Of a stretch of DNA of 64,000 nt, positions 52,850 through 64,000 are shown one piece after another. Below the pieces are notes generated by a model that saw only the letters and a list, made by a program, of their open reading frames with translations, was not told where the DNA came from and did not search any database. The DNA lies in NCBI GenBank assembly GCA_011109175.1, contig RDEW01000015.1:576310-640309 (forward strand), in the 5' to 3' direction. Source of the stretch: Dicyema japonicum (Eukaryota > Animalia > Dicyemida). Both the position numbers and the translations under genes were made by a program. The first letter of the stretch is position 1. Each line of letters starts with the position of its first letter.

Positions 52850-53240
52850 TACATCAAGAGCCTCCAAAATTACGGAATGATGTACTTACGAAAGTCCAAG
52901 TCTCCAATGCCTATGGAATCCCTAACACGCAAGGTACAAGGTACATCAATTGCAATCAAAGATTTTCAAGCCACAGTCACAAGGACACTAAAAATCCCTA
53001 ACACGCAAGGTACAAGGTACATCAATTGCAATCAAAGACTTTCAAGCCACAGTCACAAGGACACTAGAAAGGTTCTCTGCTTAACTGTTAAGTCCAACAC
53101 ATTTGGAACTCTTGTGATAACAACGGGGCCCAAATGGCACCTTCAAGGTTTCCACCTGTAACATCAGCGTACAGGAAGTGCGTCGGATCTTGAAACGAAC
53201 ACCGAGCAAAAGTGAGATGGCTGCTTAAAGAAGCCTTGAT
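52850..53240 (+). mobile_element. Family A LINE 3' fragment containing a 76-bp tandem duplication (52917-53066)
   Basis: Terminal KVRWLLKEAL. Two near-identical 76-nt units. Confidence 0.55.
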
Positions 53241-53849
53241 CTTTTAAATATTTTTAAAAAACCGAGATACGAAGCAAGATTCCTCAGTTTTTTTGTAAAA
53301 AAGACATTAACCCCCTCCTTTATCTGTTTAACGCAATAGAAAGTTTCAAACAGAAAATCGTATTAACGAAAATCCTTGTCGCGTACATCTTCAGTTCGAG
53401 GATTCAATGGATTTTTCCTATACGAGAACTGGCATTTACGCAAAGAAAGAATTATCTTATTTTTGAAAAAACAAGAAGATTGGCTTTTAAATTTGCTTCC
53501 ATGTGAGGTCTGATGAGAGGTTAGAAGAGAATACCGGCCCTTCGTATAAAGGCTGTGACCTTCCTTTGTATACCCAGCTTACTGTAGATCAACTTGTTAT
53601 AGAGGGACCACAGTAAAGAGTCAACGCCCTTCGAAACTGGATTCATGTTATATCATCTGTCCCCTATCTTTAACATCTGAAGGCTGTTTTCCAAACCACG
53701 ATTTAATAAAAAATTTAAATTAGTGGTTCTCAAACGCGGACCAGACAAATTTATTATCAGATAAAAAATTATTATTATTAATAATTTTAATAATTTTTTT
53801 TCGAATAATCAAAAATTTATTAACAATAAAATATTATTTATTAACTATG

Positions 53850-56010
53850 GGGGAGAGCGGCTGCTGACATCACGGAGTAAGCGTTTCCGCGAACAACTGC
53901 GATACCAATTCTTTGCCTCAGCCAGACCGCTTCCCGCACGTCTTTTTGCGGTGGGCCAATTTTCCCTCGATTTCATTTAGGAAAGAGGCTGTAATACTTC
54001 CGGCCGCACCAGACGTCTCGATTGCTACCGGTACAAAACGGTAGCGGTCTCCAATTTCGCCATATTTTTTAATCTTGATTTTCTCGGCCAGATCGGCTGC
54101 CGATCCAGCAGACTGCGCCGAGCTGAGCATCATCGAGTTCGAGAAAGAATCCACAACAGTGCAGTCCCATACGAGCGATTTTCCCTCAGTGAACGGAAAG
54201 ATAGTTAACCCATCCGGTCTTTTCCCATCTCCGCGGTCCAATCCCACAGGTTCCAGTACTGCCGGGAAGCCTGCCGCTTCAAGAGCTCGCAAGACAATGT
54301 TGTTCATAGCAGCATGGCGGGGTGCTCTGCCCGCGCTCCTTTTGCACGAGAGCGGGTGCAGCCCTTTGGCATCGACGATCCCTCCACAGCGACATTGGTG
54401 TTCGACGCAAACATCAGCTCCCAGGCGTTGTGCGATTCCAATCCGAATACAGTCATCGTCCAATAGGGTCCCCAGGGAGGAACACGGGAGTGCATCCAGC
54501 CACGCTCCGCTCCCATGGTTGGCGGCGGACACGAGGCATGCAAGACGATGCTGGTTGGCCTCAGACTTTAGCACGTCGAAGATATTCTTGGAGTAGATAT
54601 CATCCCAGTCACGTTGCCTCGAAGGATCGTTCGGCATATCCAAACCAGTTTCACACCATTCGCGACGAGCTTCGTCGAAGACTCTTTCCCAAGAAAGTCC
54701 GGTTGTAAAACGTAGGATATCTTGGACCAAAAGGCTTCCACTTGAGAGCGATGACACATATGCTGGAAAGGCGATCTCCAGCGCCGACCTGAGACCCGTT
54801 CCTCCGAGGCGTGTAGGAAGCTTGCATTGGTTCCAACTCGGCACATCAAAGTGGATGTTTAGAAGCAATTCAGCTGATTTTCTCAATGTTCTATCGAGTG
54901 ACAGGAGGATGTGACGATGTTTGAAGCAGGGAGAACATCGGAGAGCATATAGGAGTTTGGGCAAGCCGATGCTATTCTTCAAAAGGAAGAAGACGCTGTA
55001 TGAGTATCGAGTAAGGAGAGTTTCTCCGTGACTCTGGAGAGTTTATCTTCTTTTGTTTGCAGATGGCTCCGCTGTTCCCTTTCGTCAAGTGGGCACCCAA
55101 GAAAGTATGTCCGTTCCCTGGGTACGACAGTAATTCCAGGTAGTACCGAGTTGAAAGACTCGACCACGTTGATGAAATCACTCTCTGAGTATGTGATATT
55201 TATTAGCTCCGATTTCTTTATATTTATCTCAAGTCCGAGGTTTCGTAGTGCCGGCACGGCATGTCATGAATTTTTCTCCACGGCCCTCTAATCGTGGCGT
55301 CATCGAGATACCAAAGGTTAAGTTGTGTGTTTATAGAGCGGACAATTTCATCGATGGCCAGAGCGAAGAGTAGTGGACCAAGTGGGTCCCTTGTTGAACT
55401 CCGGTCTCCGAACAGATAATCTTGTCCCGAAAACCAGTGAAGAATTGGTTCCGTAAGCGAGGAAGACAAGTGGAATAAGTTCCGGGGCTCGTTTGCTTGT
55501 AGTTTCGAAAATTTGATCCCTCCTCAATGAATTGAAGGCATTGCAGATGTCCAGCTTGACCTCAATGTGTGGGTTTTGTTCGTCTTTCTGTCCAAAAAAA
55601 CACCTCGCAGCATGCACTGCCGCCTCGCATCCGTTCCTTACACCAACTCCACAGTTGGAGGGGGGAAAATTCTTCAGATATTCTCGGAGAGACAATGCTG
55701 CATGAATTTTCGCTGTCAATCTTCTGAAATAGTTGCCGACTGCGATGGGGCGGACCCCACCTTCAGGTTTTTTGAAGGACAATAAATGTGCACTGAAAAT
55801 GAGCTTCCTTGCGTGGAGAGGAATATCTCCGTTCAAAATACGCATAACCAGTTTTGTAATTGATTTGACAAGGTTGCAGCCAGCTTCTGCAGTAGCCTCC
55901 GCCGTAAGATCTTTGATGTGACCCGGCCGCAAGCCATCGATACCTCCACTGCTACTCGCCGCAAAGGACGAAATGCCGCGTCGCACTTCGCCTTCGGTGA
56001 CGGTCATTTT
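53850..56010 (-). mobile_element. CRE-like non-LTR retrotransposon (RT + Zn + RLE), 5'-truncated
   Basis: GGIDGLRPGH, KKPEGGVRPIAVG, KLDICNAFNS, GDPLGPLLF, WYLDD, CRCG..GLHPLSC, RHAAMN, KRPDG, WDCT and EKIKIKKY. Confidence 0.9.
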
Positions 56011-56059
56011 AATAATTGTTTTAAAATTTTAAAATTAAATTTTAATTCATTCGTTGAAA

Positions 56060-57785
56060 TATTATTTTCACTCATCAGAAATCACCTCAAAAAATCTAAT
56101 TGGATCACATTAGAAACGAAACTCCGGATCAGAGCTTTAAACAACAAAATAAAGGTCAGTGAGTTTAAGGCCCAGAAATTGAAGTGGAATCGGATTCTTA
56201 CAAAGGTAAATCGCAACAGGAGAAGTGTGGAAAGCCATCCGAAATGTTGCAAAGGCGAAGAAACTTCCCCGAGGATGACTAAACTTAACGAGGCGTTAAC
56301 AATTTGAGAAAATTCTACACAAAAATTTTGTACAAAAAACACAGGAAGTCGGAAGTGCTTCTCTCTTTACGCAGAAAACTGAAGAAGGATTCTAACCAGT
56401 TTACTTCTTGATGGAACGTGAAGAATGCGCTGCGTTTTACAAGAACAACGTACTCTGCCGGTCCCGACAACATTCCAGTAGTGTTATTGAAGAACCTTGG
56501 AGATATGGGAGTTGGTTTTTTAACGTCGGTTATAACTATTCAATTAAATGTAATACCGTTGTTATGGAAGCAAGCCAACATCCGACCTATACTGAAACCT
56601 GGAATACCTAAGGAAGATCCGGCATCATTTAGACCTGTGTCATTGTTATGTTCCATATTGAAAATCCTGGAAAGGCTTGTGCTAGGGAGAATCAAGGCTT
56701 TCTTACCAGAAAAAGATTTTCAACACGGATTCAAGAGCGATTGTTTTACATCAACGTACCTACAGAAATTAACCAACTTCATTAGAGATGGATTTTCAAA
56801 CAAACCAAGGCATTTGAAGACATTCTTATGTTCATTGACATTAACAAGGCCTTTGATTCTATTTCGAGAAAAATATTATCAAAGAAAATTTTCCAGTCCG
56901 AGATCCCGGGGAAGCTTAAACTTGGATAACAAATTTCTTAAGTGGACGAAGGGGACGTGTATGCCTCGGAAGACTGAAATCAGTCTCACGTCTTCTCCCA
57001 AACGGTGTCCCCAAGGATCTCCTTTATCCCCGCCTTATTCAATTTATACCTGGCAGACCTCCGACACCGGAATCCAATAACGATGTTCTACTCACATATG
57101 CGGACGACATTGTTTTTGACTCGCGTGATCGGGGTATCCAAACTGCTACAGAAAGATTACAAATTAACCTGGACCGACTCAACGCCTGGGTAATGAAGAA
57201 CCGACTCACGATAAATTCCAGAAAGTCGGTCACGTCTATGTTTACTTCGTACAAAAAGGTTGGGGATGATGACTGTCAAGTTAAAATTGGACAACGTTGA
57301 AATCCCCTTCAGTAAATGTCAGAAGATCCTGGGCGTGACACTGGATACGCACTTATGTTTGTCACCACACGTGGCAAAAATTGCTCTGAAGTGCGAGAAG
57401 AGGATCAATGTATTAAAATGTTTATCTGGAATATGGAAGACAGGTACCCACCCGGTTTTGATGAACATTTACAAACAATTCATCGAAACATGCTTCTCGT
57501 ACGCGTGTGCTTCGTGGAGACCTTCATTATCATGGACGAACACTAAGAAAATCGAAGACGTTTAAAGAAGGATTTCAGAATGACGGAGCGGTAATCTTGT
57601 GGGATACACAGAACCGGACCGACTACTCTAGAGGCCTTTATTAAACAAAACTCCGGCATGTGGGAAGGTGGCCCTGCAAATACAGTCAGCCGCCCAGTAC
57701 GAGCTTGTGTGGGTACGAGGGAGGAGCACCGGGAAAGAATGAGGATTTTGGCGGAACGCATCGGGATCACGTGATAGTTAGTTTT
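56060..57785 (+). mobile_element. Family A LINE ORF2, 5'-truncated
   Basis: AGPDNIP, FRPVSLL, QHGF, DINKAFDSI, PQGSPLSP, YADD and terminal EEHRERMRILAERIGIT*. Confidence 0.9.
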
Positions 57786-57843
57786 GGTTTTACCGTGGTC
57801 TTGGGTGTTAAATAAAAATAATAAATAAATAAAATATGACATT

Positions 57844-58104
57844 TTGTTCTCTATTTTTGAATTCATCTCCAGACATCCCTTTTTTCTTTTCCTTCTCTTG
57901 TGTGGCGATATGATGGACTCAGAAAATGGATATACAAAATTTAGGAATGGGGAAGCCCCGGATACTCTATGTTCCGGCTTAGATTCCTTTTGCCACAAAA
58001 TTTGCAAGAATTTGGACGAGTCTGTGTTGAGAAAGAAGTTGAGTTCGCTCACTGCCAGCTATACTTTTTTTAAAGCTGGTCAGAAATTGGACTTCTTCAT
58101 TTAA
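57844..58104 (+). CDS. Uncharacterised 86-aa ORF with a hydrophobic N-terminus
   Basis: Open frame with protein-like composition (HPFFLFLLLCG..NGYTKFRNGEAPDTLC). No family recognised. Confidence 0.25.
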   Translation: MFSIFEFISRHPFFLFLLLCGDMMDSENGYTKFRNGEAPDTLCSGLDSFCHKICKNLDESVLRKKLSSLTASYTFFKAGQKLDFFI

Positions 58105-58149
58105 TAATATGGGACAGTTTCTTGTCGACTATATGCTCCATAATTTTGG

Positions 58150-59325
58150 CCATAGTGAAGATCAGACTTGAGCCATCATTAATAGCCTCGTTTTTATGTA
58201 GCCGTGGCCAGAAGCGAGGCCTGAACGTTCCCTCTTCTTACCGCCCCATCTCAATAACTTTGTGTTTTATCAAAAGTACTGGAAAAGCTTGTGTTAATGC
58301 GTATCTCTCCTGTTTTACATCTACCAGAATTTTCAACATGGTTTCAGGGCAGACAGTTCTACAACGACTCATTTGGGTTTATCTCCTAGTTTATTACTAC
58401 GGCTTCAACAGGAGAACACACATACGGACGGCCTTAGTATCCATCGATATACAGAAGGCCTTTGATTCTGTTCCGAGGAAGCTCATAACGCAAAAGATTT
58501 TTAATTCCAACTTACATTTGAACATCAAGCTATGGCTGGAAAATTTCTTAACTGGGCGACGCGAAGGGTCCGGATTGATAAAACCATTCAAAATCAAGAC
58601 TACTCCCAATGGGGTCCCGCAAGGTTCCCCTCTGTCTCCTCTCTTTTAACTTATTTTTGCACGATTTACCTACTCAGGACACCATGTTTTTATCTTATGC
58701 GGACGACTTGATTATCGCTGCAAGGGACATATCTCCCTCCAGGGCTGTGGCGGTGGTTCAGTCACACCTAAACCTGGTATATGACTGGCTATCCATGAAT
58801 TTGCTGTCTGTGTCTGCATCCAAGTCTCAGTTCACGCTATTTACTACGGACAGAAGATTTAAAGGTGGACTTGAGATATTCCTCGGAAACATTCCCATCC
58901 CTTAAACATGAATCCAGAAGATCCTTGGAGTAACTTTCGACTCTCTGATGACGTTTACCAGTCACACGGAGGTGTTAACTAAGGGTCTTCGAAAATGGAA
59001 CGTCCTAAAAACCATCGTAAAGAAGAGCTCCTTTCCTCCTACTGCTTGGATCAGCAAAGTATATCTCCAAGTTATTGTGCCGACGATTGAATATGCTTGT
59101 ACTGCCTGAAGATTAGCCATTCCTCCTACGAGAGTGGAGTGTGTGAATTCTCTCAGACGGAAGATCATGAGGCATATACAATCAGACTCCACATACTTCC
59201 CCAGTCTGCTTTCAGACGAAGCTACGGTGAGAAATGGGCAGGGTTTCCTACGTTTTTGAAAGGAACTGGGAAACCCATTCAAGAAAAGGTGACCCATGCA
59301 GAGGAATGGGATCACCTAATTAGTT
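58150..59325 (+). mobile_element. Family A LINE RT to 3' end, 5'-truncated
   Basis: SSYRPISIT, SIDIQKAFDSVPR, GVPQGSPLSP, SYADDL and terminal GIT* with ttagttagtt tail. Confidence 0.88.
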
Positions 59326-59399
59326 AGTTTTGACCTATCTTTCTTGGTGGTCTTGGAGTTAAATAAAATAAATATTATTTTTTTACTGTCAGGTGTGCG

Positions 59400-60160
59400 T
59401 AAACAATTACTGACTATAGTACAGGAAAACAGAGGATTCAAATATGAATGGGAAGAAAAGTTCTTTATGATTAAAATACACGGCAAAGTACATTGTTTAA
59501 TGTCACGCAACAATAAATCGTTTAAAAACCTACCTCCGTCAAAAGACATTATCAACAACACGAATCAATTTATGATTGTTATCAAGGCGATTCTAGAAAA
59601 CAAAAAGTCGTCTGTTTAAAACTCAATATTTCAAACAATCTTCATTTTTCAAATGTGGTGCCTCTTCCAAAGTCTTCAAAAAATTATATTTATGGAAGAT
59701 TCAACTTTCAATTAGAGATGCGTGTCACTTTTCTTTGCTATCTGAAAATAAAGAAAGCGCTTCGTATGAAAAATATATATCAATTTGGCGACTTAATTTA
59801 CCAATTTGACTGCCGCTTTGGGGTTCATTTACAAATATAAAAAATTTAGAATTTTAAAGATAAATTACCCTGAAAATATTTGCAGCGCCCTTCAACGTTA
59901 AAATTGAAGATTCTCCTGTACAATTTCAAATGGAATTAACAGTTGAACGCTTTGTTTATCAACACTTCTTTTTATCGAATTTTACCATTCTCTACCAAAG
60001 AAAAATTTAAGAATCTTATGAATAATGCATACATGAATATTTCAATGTTCTGATTAACTTATGTATGTGAATCCATTTTCAGCAAAATGGTCCAAATAAA
60101 CAACAAATACCGCAATAAACTGACAGATAGCATCAAAGTCAGTTGTTATGGACCTCGACA
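59400..60160 (+). pseudogene. Internally deleted hAT (GTF2IRD2/SPIN-like) transposase
   Basis: N-terminal ENRGFKYEWEEKFF..KVHCL. C-terminal PFNVKIEDSPVQFQMEL and FSKM..INNKYRNKLTD. Confidence 0.7.
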
Positions 60161-60619
60161 TCTTCTATTGTACCAGCTTTTAAAGAGCTAATTGATTAAT
60201 GGTTTATAAATTTACTTTGCTTTTTTATATTAATTAAGTTTTAAAAAAAATTAGCGGCCCCTACAAATAAACTAATTTATTGATTTGGCCCTGAGTCAAA
60301 ATTCTTGAAAACCACTGATTTAAATGTAAATCAGTTTCTTATTCCTGGTGTCGTTCTTACGTTAATTCTACATTTCATTTCACTTGAGTTGATTCCATTT
60401 CAGACATAGCGACTTTAACGAAATAAAAGTTGAAGACGATGTGTGCTTACTCCTCAATTACACAAAATCAAAGCCTAAAGCTCACTTCAAAAATACAGAA
60501 CCATAAGTCACACGTTTGTGAAAAAATTTGACATTATTTTTTGAAATAGAATAATATAAATTTCAAGAAAGTGAGGACAAATAGGAATCCATCAAACTAA
60601 GGATACTGCTATACAACTC

Positions 60620-61020
60620 GCTTATAAAATCTATTCTGCTATATCGCTGGGGCCTGCTACATCAAAAAAGGAAGTGGAGAGAGTAGACTCTTTCCACAAG
60701 AATCATCTGAGAAAAATAACAGGAATAGATTGGCCGACCAGGACCCAAAGCAAAGGAATTTACAAGAAATCGGGTGTAAGCCATTATGAGATAATAGAGT
60801 CTCGTTGGAGACTATTCTGGCACATCCTGAGGATGGAGTTGCCATCTCTTTCGAACAGAGGAAAACTACTATGTTTATCAAGAAGGCCGTTTCCGTCGAA
60901 AGCCCAAAATAGCATTACTAGTCGTCCTACAAAAAATTTGAAATACGAAAAGCATGAATTGAAACCCGCTGATGACCTGATCCTCTGGAAAATCGACTTG
61001 GTCCCGAGGAAAAAATGAGA
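60620..61020 (+). mobile_element. RTE-like 3' fragment
   Basis: ILLYNS, VDSFHKNHLRKITGIDWP and IIESRWRLFWHILRM. Confidence 0.7.
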
Positions 61021-61109
61021 ACGTTACGACAGTCTTTTGCTAAGCCAATAATTATTTTTATATATTGTCAAAAAATGTCAGTGGTTTAAAAAATGTCCTC
61101 AGCTAATTA

Positions 61110-61250
61110 AGTGATCCAGATCGACATGGGGGAGACCGATCCGCCATGAACGGATGTCCTGTACTGCCCTTTTCAGTGGGCTTGGCATCAGCTCATATTT
61201 TGAGGGGTTAAGATATTTGGAAAGGATTTTATAAAAGGCTGCTTGTTATG
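61110..61250 (-). mobile_element. Family A LINE 3' fragment
   Basis: cccccatgtcgatctggatcacttaattag matches the ends at 5805-5815 and 1190-1205. Confidence 0.45.
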
Positions 61251-64000
61251 TTGCCCAATCAGAATTTTTATTTTCGTTCTAACAAAAGTGCTTCAAGAGC
61301 CATGAATTAGAAATTAGACTCTGTTCGCTGCTTTGACGGTGGATAACTTTTGCAGAATAGAGTGGGAGATGCCAATTGATAATGATGCACTAATGGTAGA
61401 GAGGTACCAATGATAGAGTTTTTTTAGATGATCTTAAAAATTGTCATTCTCATCAACGATACTGTCATCTCACGAAAGTCTTTAGTTATATGATTTTCAG
61501 AATGTTTGGCGTGGTGTTGACTGAAATAATTCTGTCGTTTAGGATGATTTATAACAGTATGCTGTAGTGTTTTTTTGCATCTAGTAACTAGGGTTATAAG
61601 AACTCTGGGATATTTCGAACCATTATCGAGAAAGCCATGTTGTCCAACATTTCCTGTAAGACCCGAGTAGTTGTTCTATATCCCTGATACTAATGACGAT
61701 ATCGTAGGCAGTTTTTGCAGGAAGATTGTGGTATGACATTTATGTCCACGTTGAGTAGCGCCGGGGAACTCCAACGGACAGTATCCGCGTCTTCGACTTT
61801 TTGTAAATTACTTGTTACGTCTTTAAGGACACGCATTCTAACAATTCCATCATTCGATGGTGATTCTGTTCTCCACATTGAAACAATTCTGTTCTTTACA
61901 ATGAAAGAAAAATTTCTTAAGAGTGAAGCACAAATTAAAAAAATTTATACAATAAAAGTTACTTTTAAAATGTACAAAAGCTTGAAATCTGATAATCAGA
62001 CCAGCTCATTCTTTCATCACCAACTAAACGAAGGACCTGATCCATTGGTACCTTCCATATCATCCCTCTTTGAGGATCTAACAATTTGCCATTCATCACA
62101 TTCCGGTTTTTTCGACGTGAAGTTTCTTCTACCAAAGCTCTTAGGGTTCAAAGAGCGGCTTGGTTTACCGGTATGCAATGAAAAAGACTTCTCAGGGACC
62201 ATCTTACTTTCATCACCTCCACGTGATGAATTAGACGATTGTGAGCTCGTCCCAAATACAACCTGTTTTGCAGGGGAAGTCAACTTTTCTGAAATAACTG
62301 TCGAGTTTGTAAAAAACGGTTGTAATCCTCCTGTATTTTCACTACAACTCCCACAAAAGGAATTCTTCCAGGCTTCACTGGAAAAGTCATTATTCTGACT
62401 CTCCCCCTTTGTTGGATTTTCAAAGCCGACATAGTCAAACGTAAAGTTCCCAAAGGTAGGAACAGGAGCGCCTGAGGTATTAATCGAGGACTTTAGTCTC
62501 TCCATCTCAGAAAAATAATTTGGGGGACAAATGTAGTAATTATTCACTATAACAGTCTGCTGCTCTAATTATCAGTAAAGCTAATTTTTACCAGGAAAAT
62601 AGTTTGTGGTTGGATTTTTGGAAGATTTGGTTGAAAACTTGTTGTAAAGTCCACGTGAGTTGATGATATCTACAAACTGATCAACCAACAAAACTTGATA
62701 TTTTTGAATAGTTTGACTTATCGTTGACACTTTTTACGGACGTGCCTGTGCCTTTGGAGGACTGTCTTTGACATGGTTGAGTCGACTTCTTTGGCACAGG
62801 TAAATTTACTTTTCGATTTTTCGAAGAATTGTCGGTGATGTTCTTTCTATTTACGGTTTCCCGGGTTATTTCCGAGCGTTTGTGCGAATTGTCAGCGTTT
62901 TTTGCATTTTTGTCTTTAGTGAAATCATTAGTCGTCTTTGGAATATTTGCTGTTCCTTTCTTCTCATTCGCGTCTTTTGAGGGTACTCTTTGATTTACTA
63001 AAGAACCACAATGTAATTTCTGCTGACTCACGTCTTCTGGATAAAAAATGTATTTTTACCAGTATTTCCGAATATAAGATGTTTTAAGGAATTCTCGGCA
63101 ACTTTCTTCTTACCAAAGTCTTCCCAGGTCACTTTTGAACTTGTGAGTGCATTGTCACTGTTTTTCCTATTTATCTCCACAAAGACATCCTTAGTATTTT
63201 TAGAAATATTTTCCGGATAGTTCTTGTCTTCTGAGAGTACCTGTTGATTAACTGTGGAACCCCACGGTATTTTTCGTCGATTCAAGTCCTCCTCTATTAC
63301 ATTAGACTTTTTATAAGAGTAATCAATGTTTTTAGTCTGATTTACGTCTTCAAGGAGTACTCCCTGATTTATTGAAGTACCCCGAGATATTTTCCTTTGA
63401 TACTCGTCCTTCATAGTTAAGATAGCATTTTTTGAGAAAATATCCGGGGTTTTCTCATTTTTGTCTTTCGATGATACTGCATAAGGTTCATAGGCATCTC
63501 CACCATCATTGGTATCATTCATGACGTCTTGGAATTTCTCAAGGACCTTATCAGTTATGTCTCTTAGGGTTACCGTGGGATTTTCATTAAAATCTTGAGT
63601 TACTTTCTTCTGACTGATGTCTTCAGAGGTTCCGACAAAATTTTTAGAATTATCAATTTCTTTATTCGATTCATTAAGGGTAACTCCGTGATTAGTGGAA
63701 GATTCAGTAATATTCTGCTGGTTCATGTCTGCGATCACGTTTGGATTTTTATGAGCACTTTCAAATAGCTCATTCTGATTTAAAACTTCCAATGAAGATT
63801 TAGAAATATCTTCAGCATTCATCCTATTTAGATCCCTCATGGTTAAATCAGTCTGATTGGTGGTGTTTTCATTGACATTCTTATTCATGTAATCCAACGT
63901 TACTTCAGAGATCTTATGAGTATTTTCGTAGATAATCCGAGTGTTTTTCTTATTTGAGTCTAAGACATCTTTTGGATCCTTAGAAGTGTTCTCAAAGAAT
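61250..64000 (-). CDS. Large orphan gene (low-complexity N/K/S/D region plus ordered C-terminus); runs off the window edge
   Basis: Frame is open from the window edge through 63028. One extra T in the run at 63043-63048 joins it to 62681-63031. A 27-nt GT-AG intron (62591-62565) precedes the 62017-62547 frame. Further coding-like exons extend to about 61270; exact structure is uncertain. Confidence 0.6.

Larger units (their letters stand above)
53721..60317 (+). mobile_element. hAT element with 8-bp TSD, carrying three nested retroelements
   Basis: Left end TAGTGGTTCTCAA; right end TTGAAAACCACTG (reverse complement CAGTGGTTTTCAA). ATTTAAAT at 53713-53720 and 60318-60325. Transposase relic at 59400-60160. 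Confidence 0.75.

Noticed and set aside
54075-54849. Several long ORFs overlapping the CRE element (e.g. 54075-54596 +)
   Set aside because: Alternative-frame or antisense shadows of a GC-richer RT/RLE coding region; no independent motifs.
61715-62398. 227-aa plus-strand ORF
   Set aside because: Antisense shadow of the minus-strand gene, which has splice signals and more protein-like composition.

Overview
AT-rich eukaryotic nuclear DNA from an animal with very small introns. No prokaryotic features. The animal call rests on metazoan-type MRPL35, RBM15/spenito and cathepsin L. I reconstructed 24 GT-AG introns by hand: 23 are 23-29 nt and one is 44 nt. This suggests a reduced parasite such as a myxozoan or dicyemid (inference only). 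Host genes: a secreted EF-hand protein, RBM15/spenito, an acid-phosphatase-like protein lacking the HD catalytic pair, U6 snRNA, two inverted cathepsin L paralogs, an orphan type-I membrane protein with a 14-aa tandem repeat, MRPL35, a RING-H2 protein, and a large orphan gene running off the right edge. About half or more of the window is nested, degraded transposons: several APE-type LINE families, RTE-like, CRE-like and microsporidia-like RLE retroelements, plus hAT, pogo, Tc1, Helitron and integrase relics. Two long-range structures close with target-site duplications. A 7.6-kb TGT...ACA terminal-inverted-repeat (TIR) element (25461-33038, TSD TATTA) splits an RTE reverse transcriptase just before its YxDD motif. 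A 6.6-kb hAT element (53721-60317) has TSD ATTTAAAT. Many frameshifts in otherwise intact genes are single-base losses in homopolymers, probably assembly error, so pseudogene calls are unsafe. All alignments and family assignments were made by eye from recalled motifs; no searches were run. Transposon boundaries are approximate unless termini are quoted.
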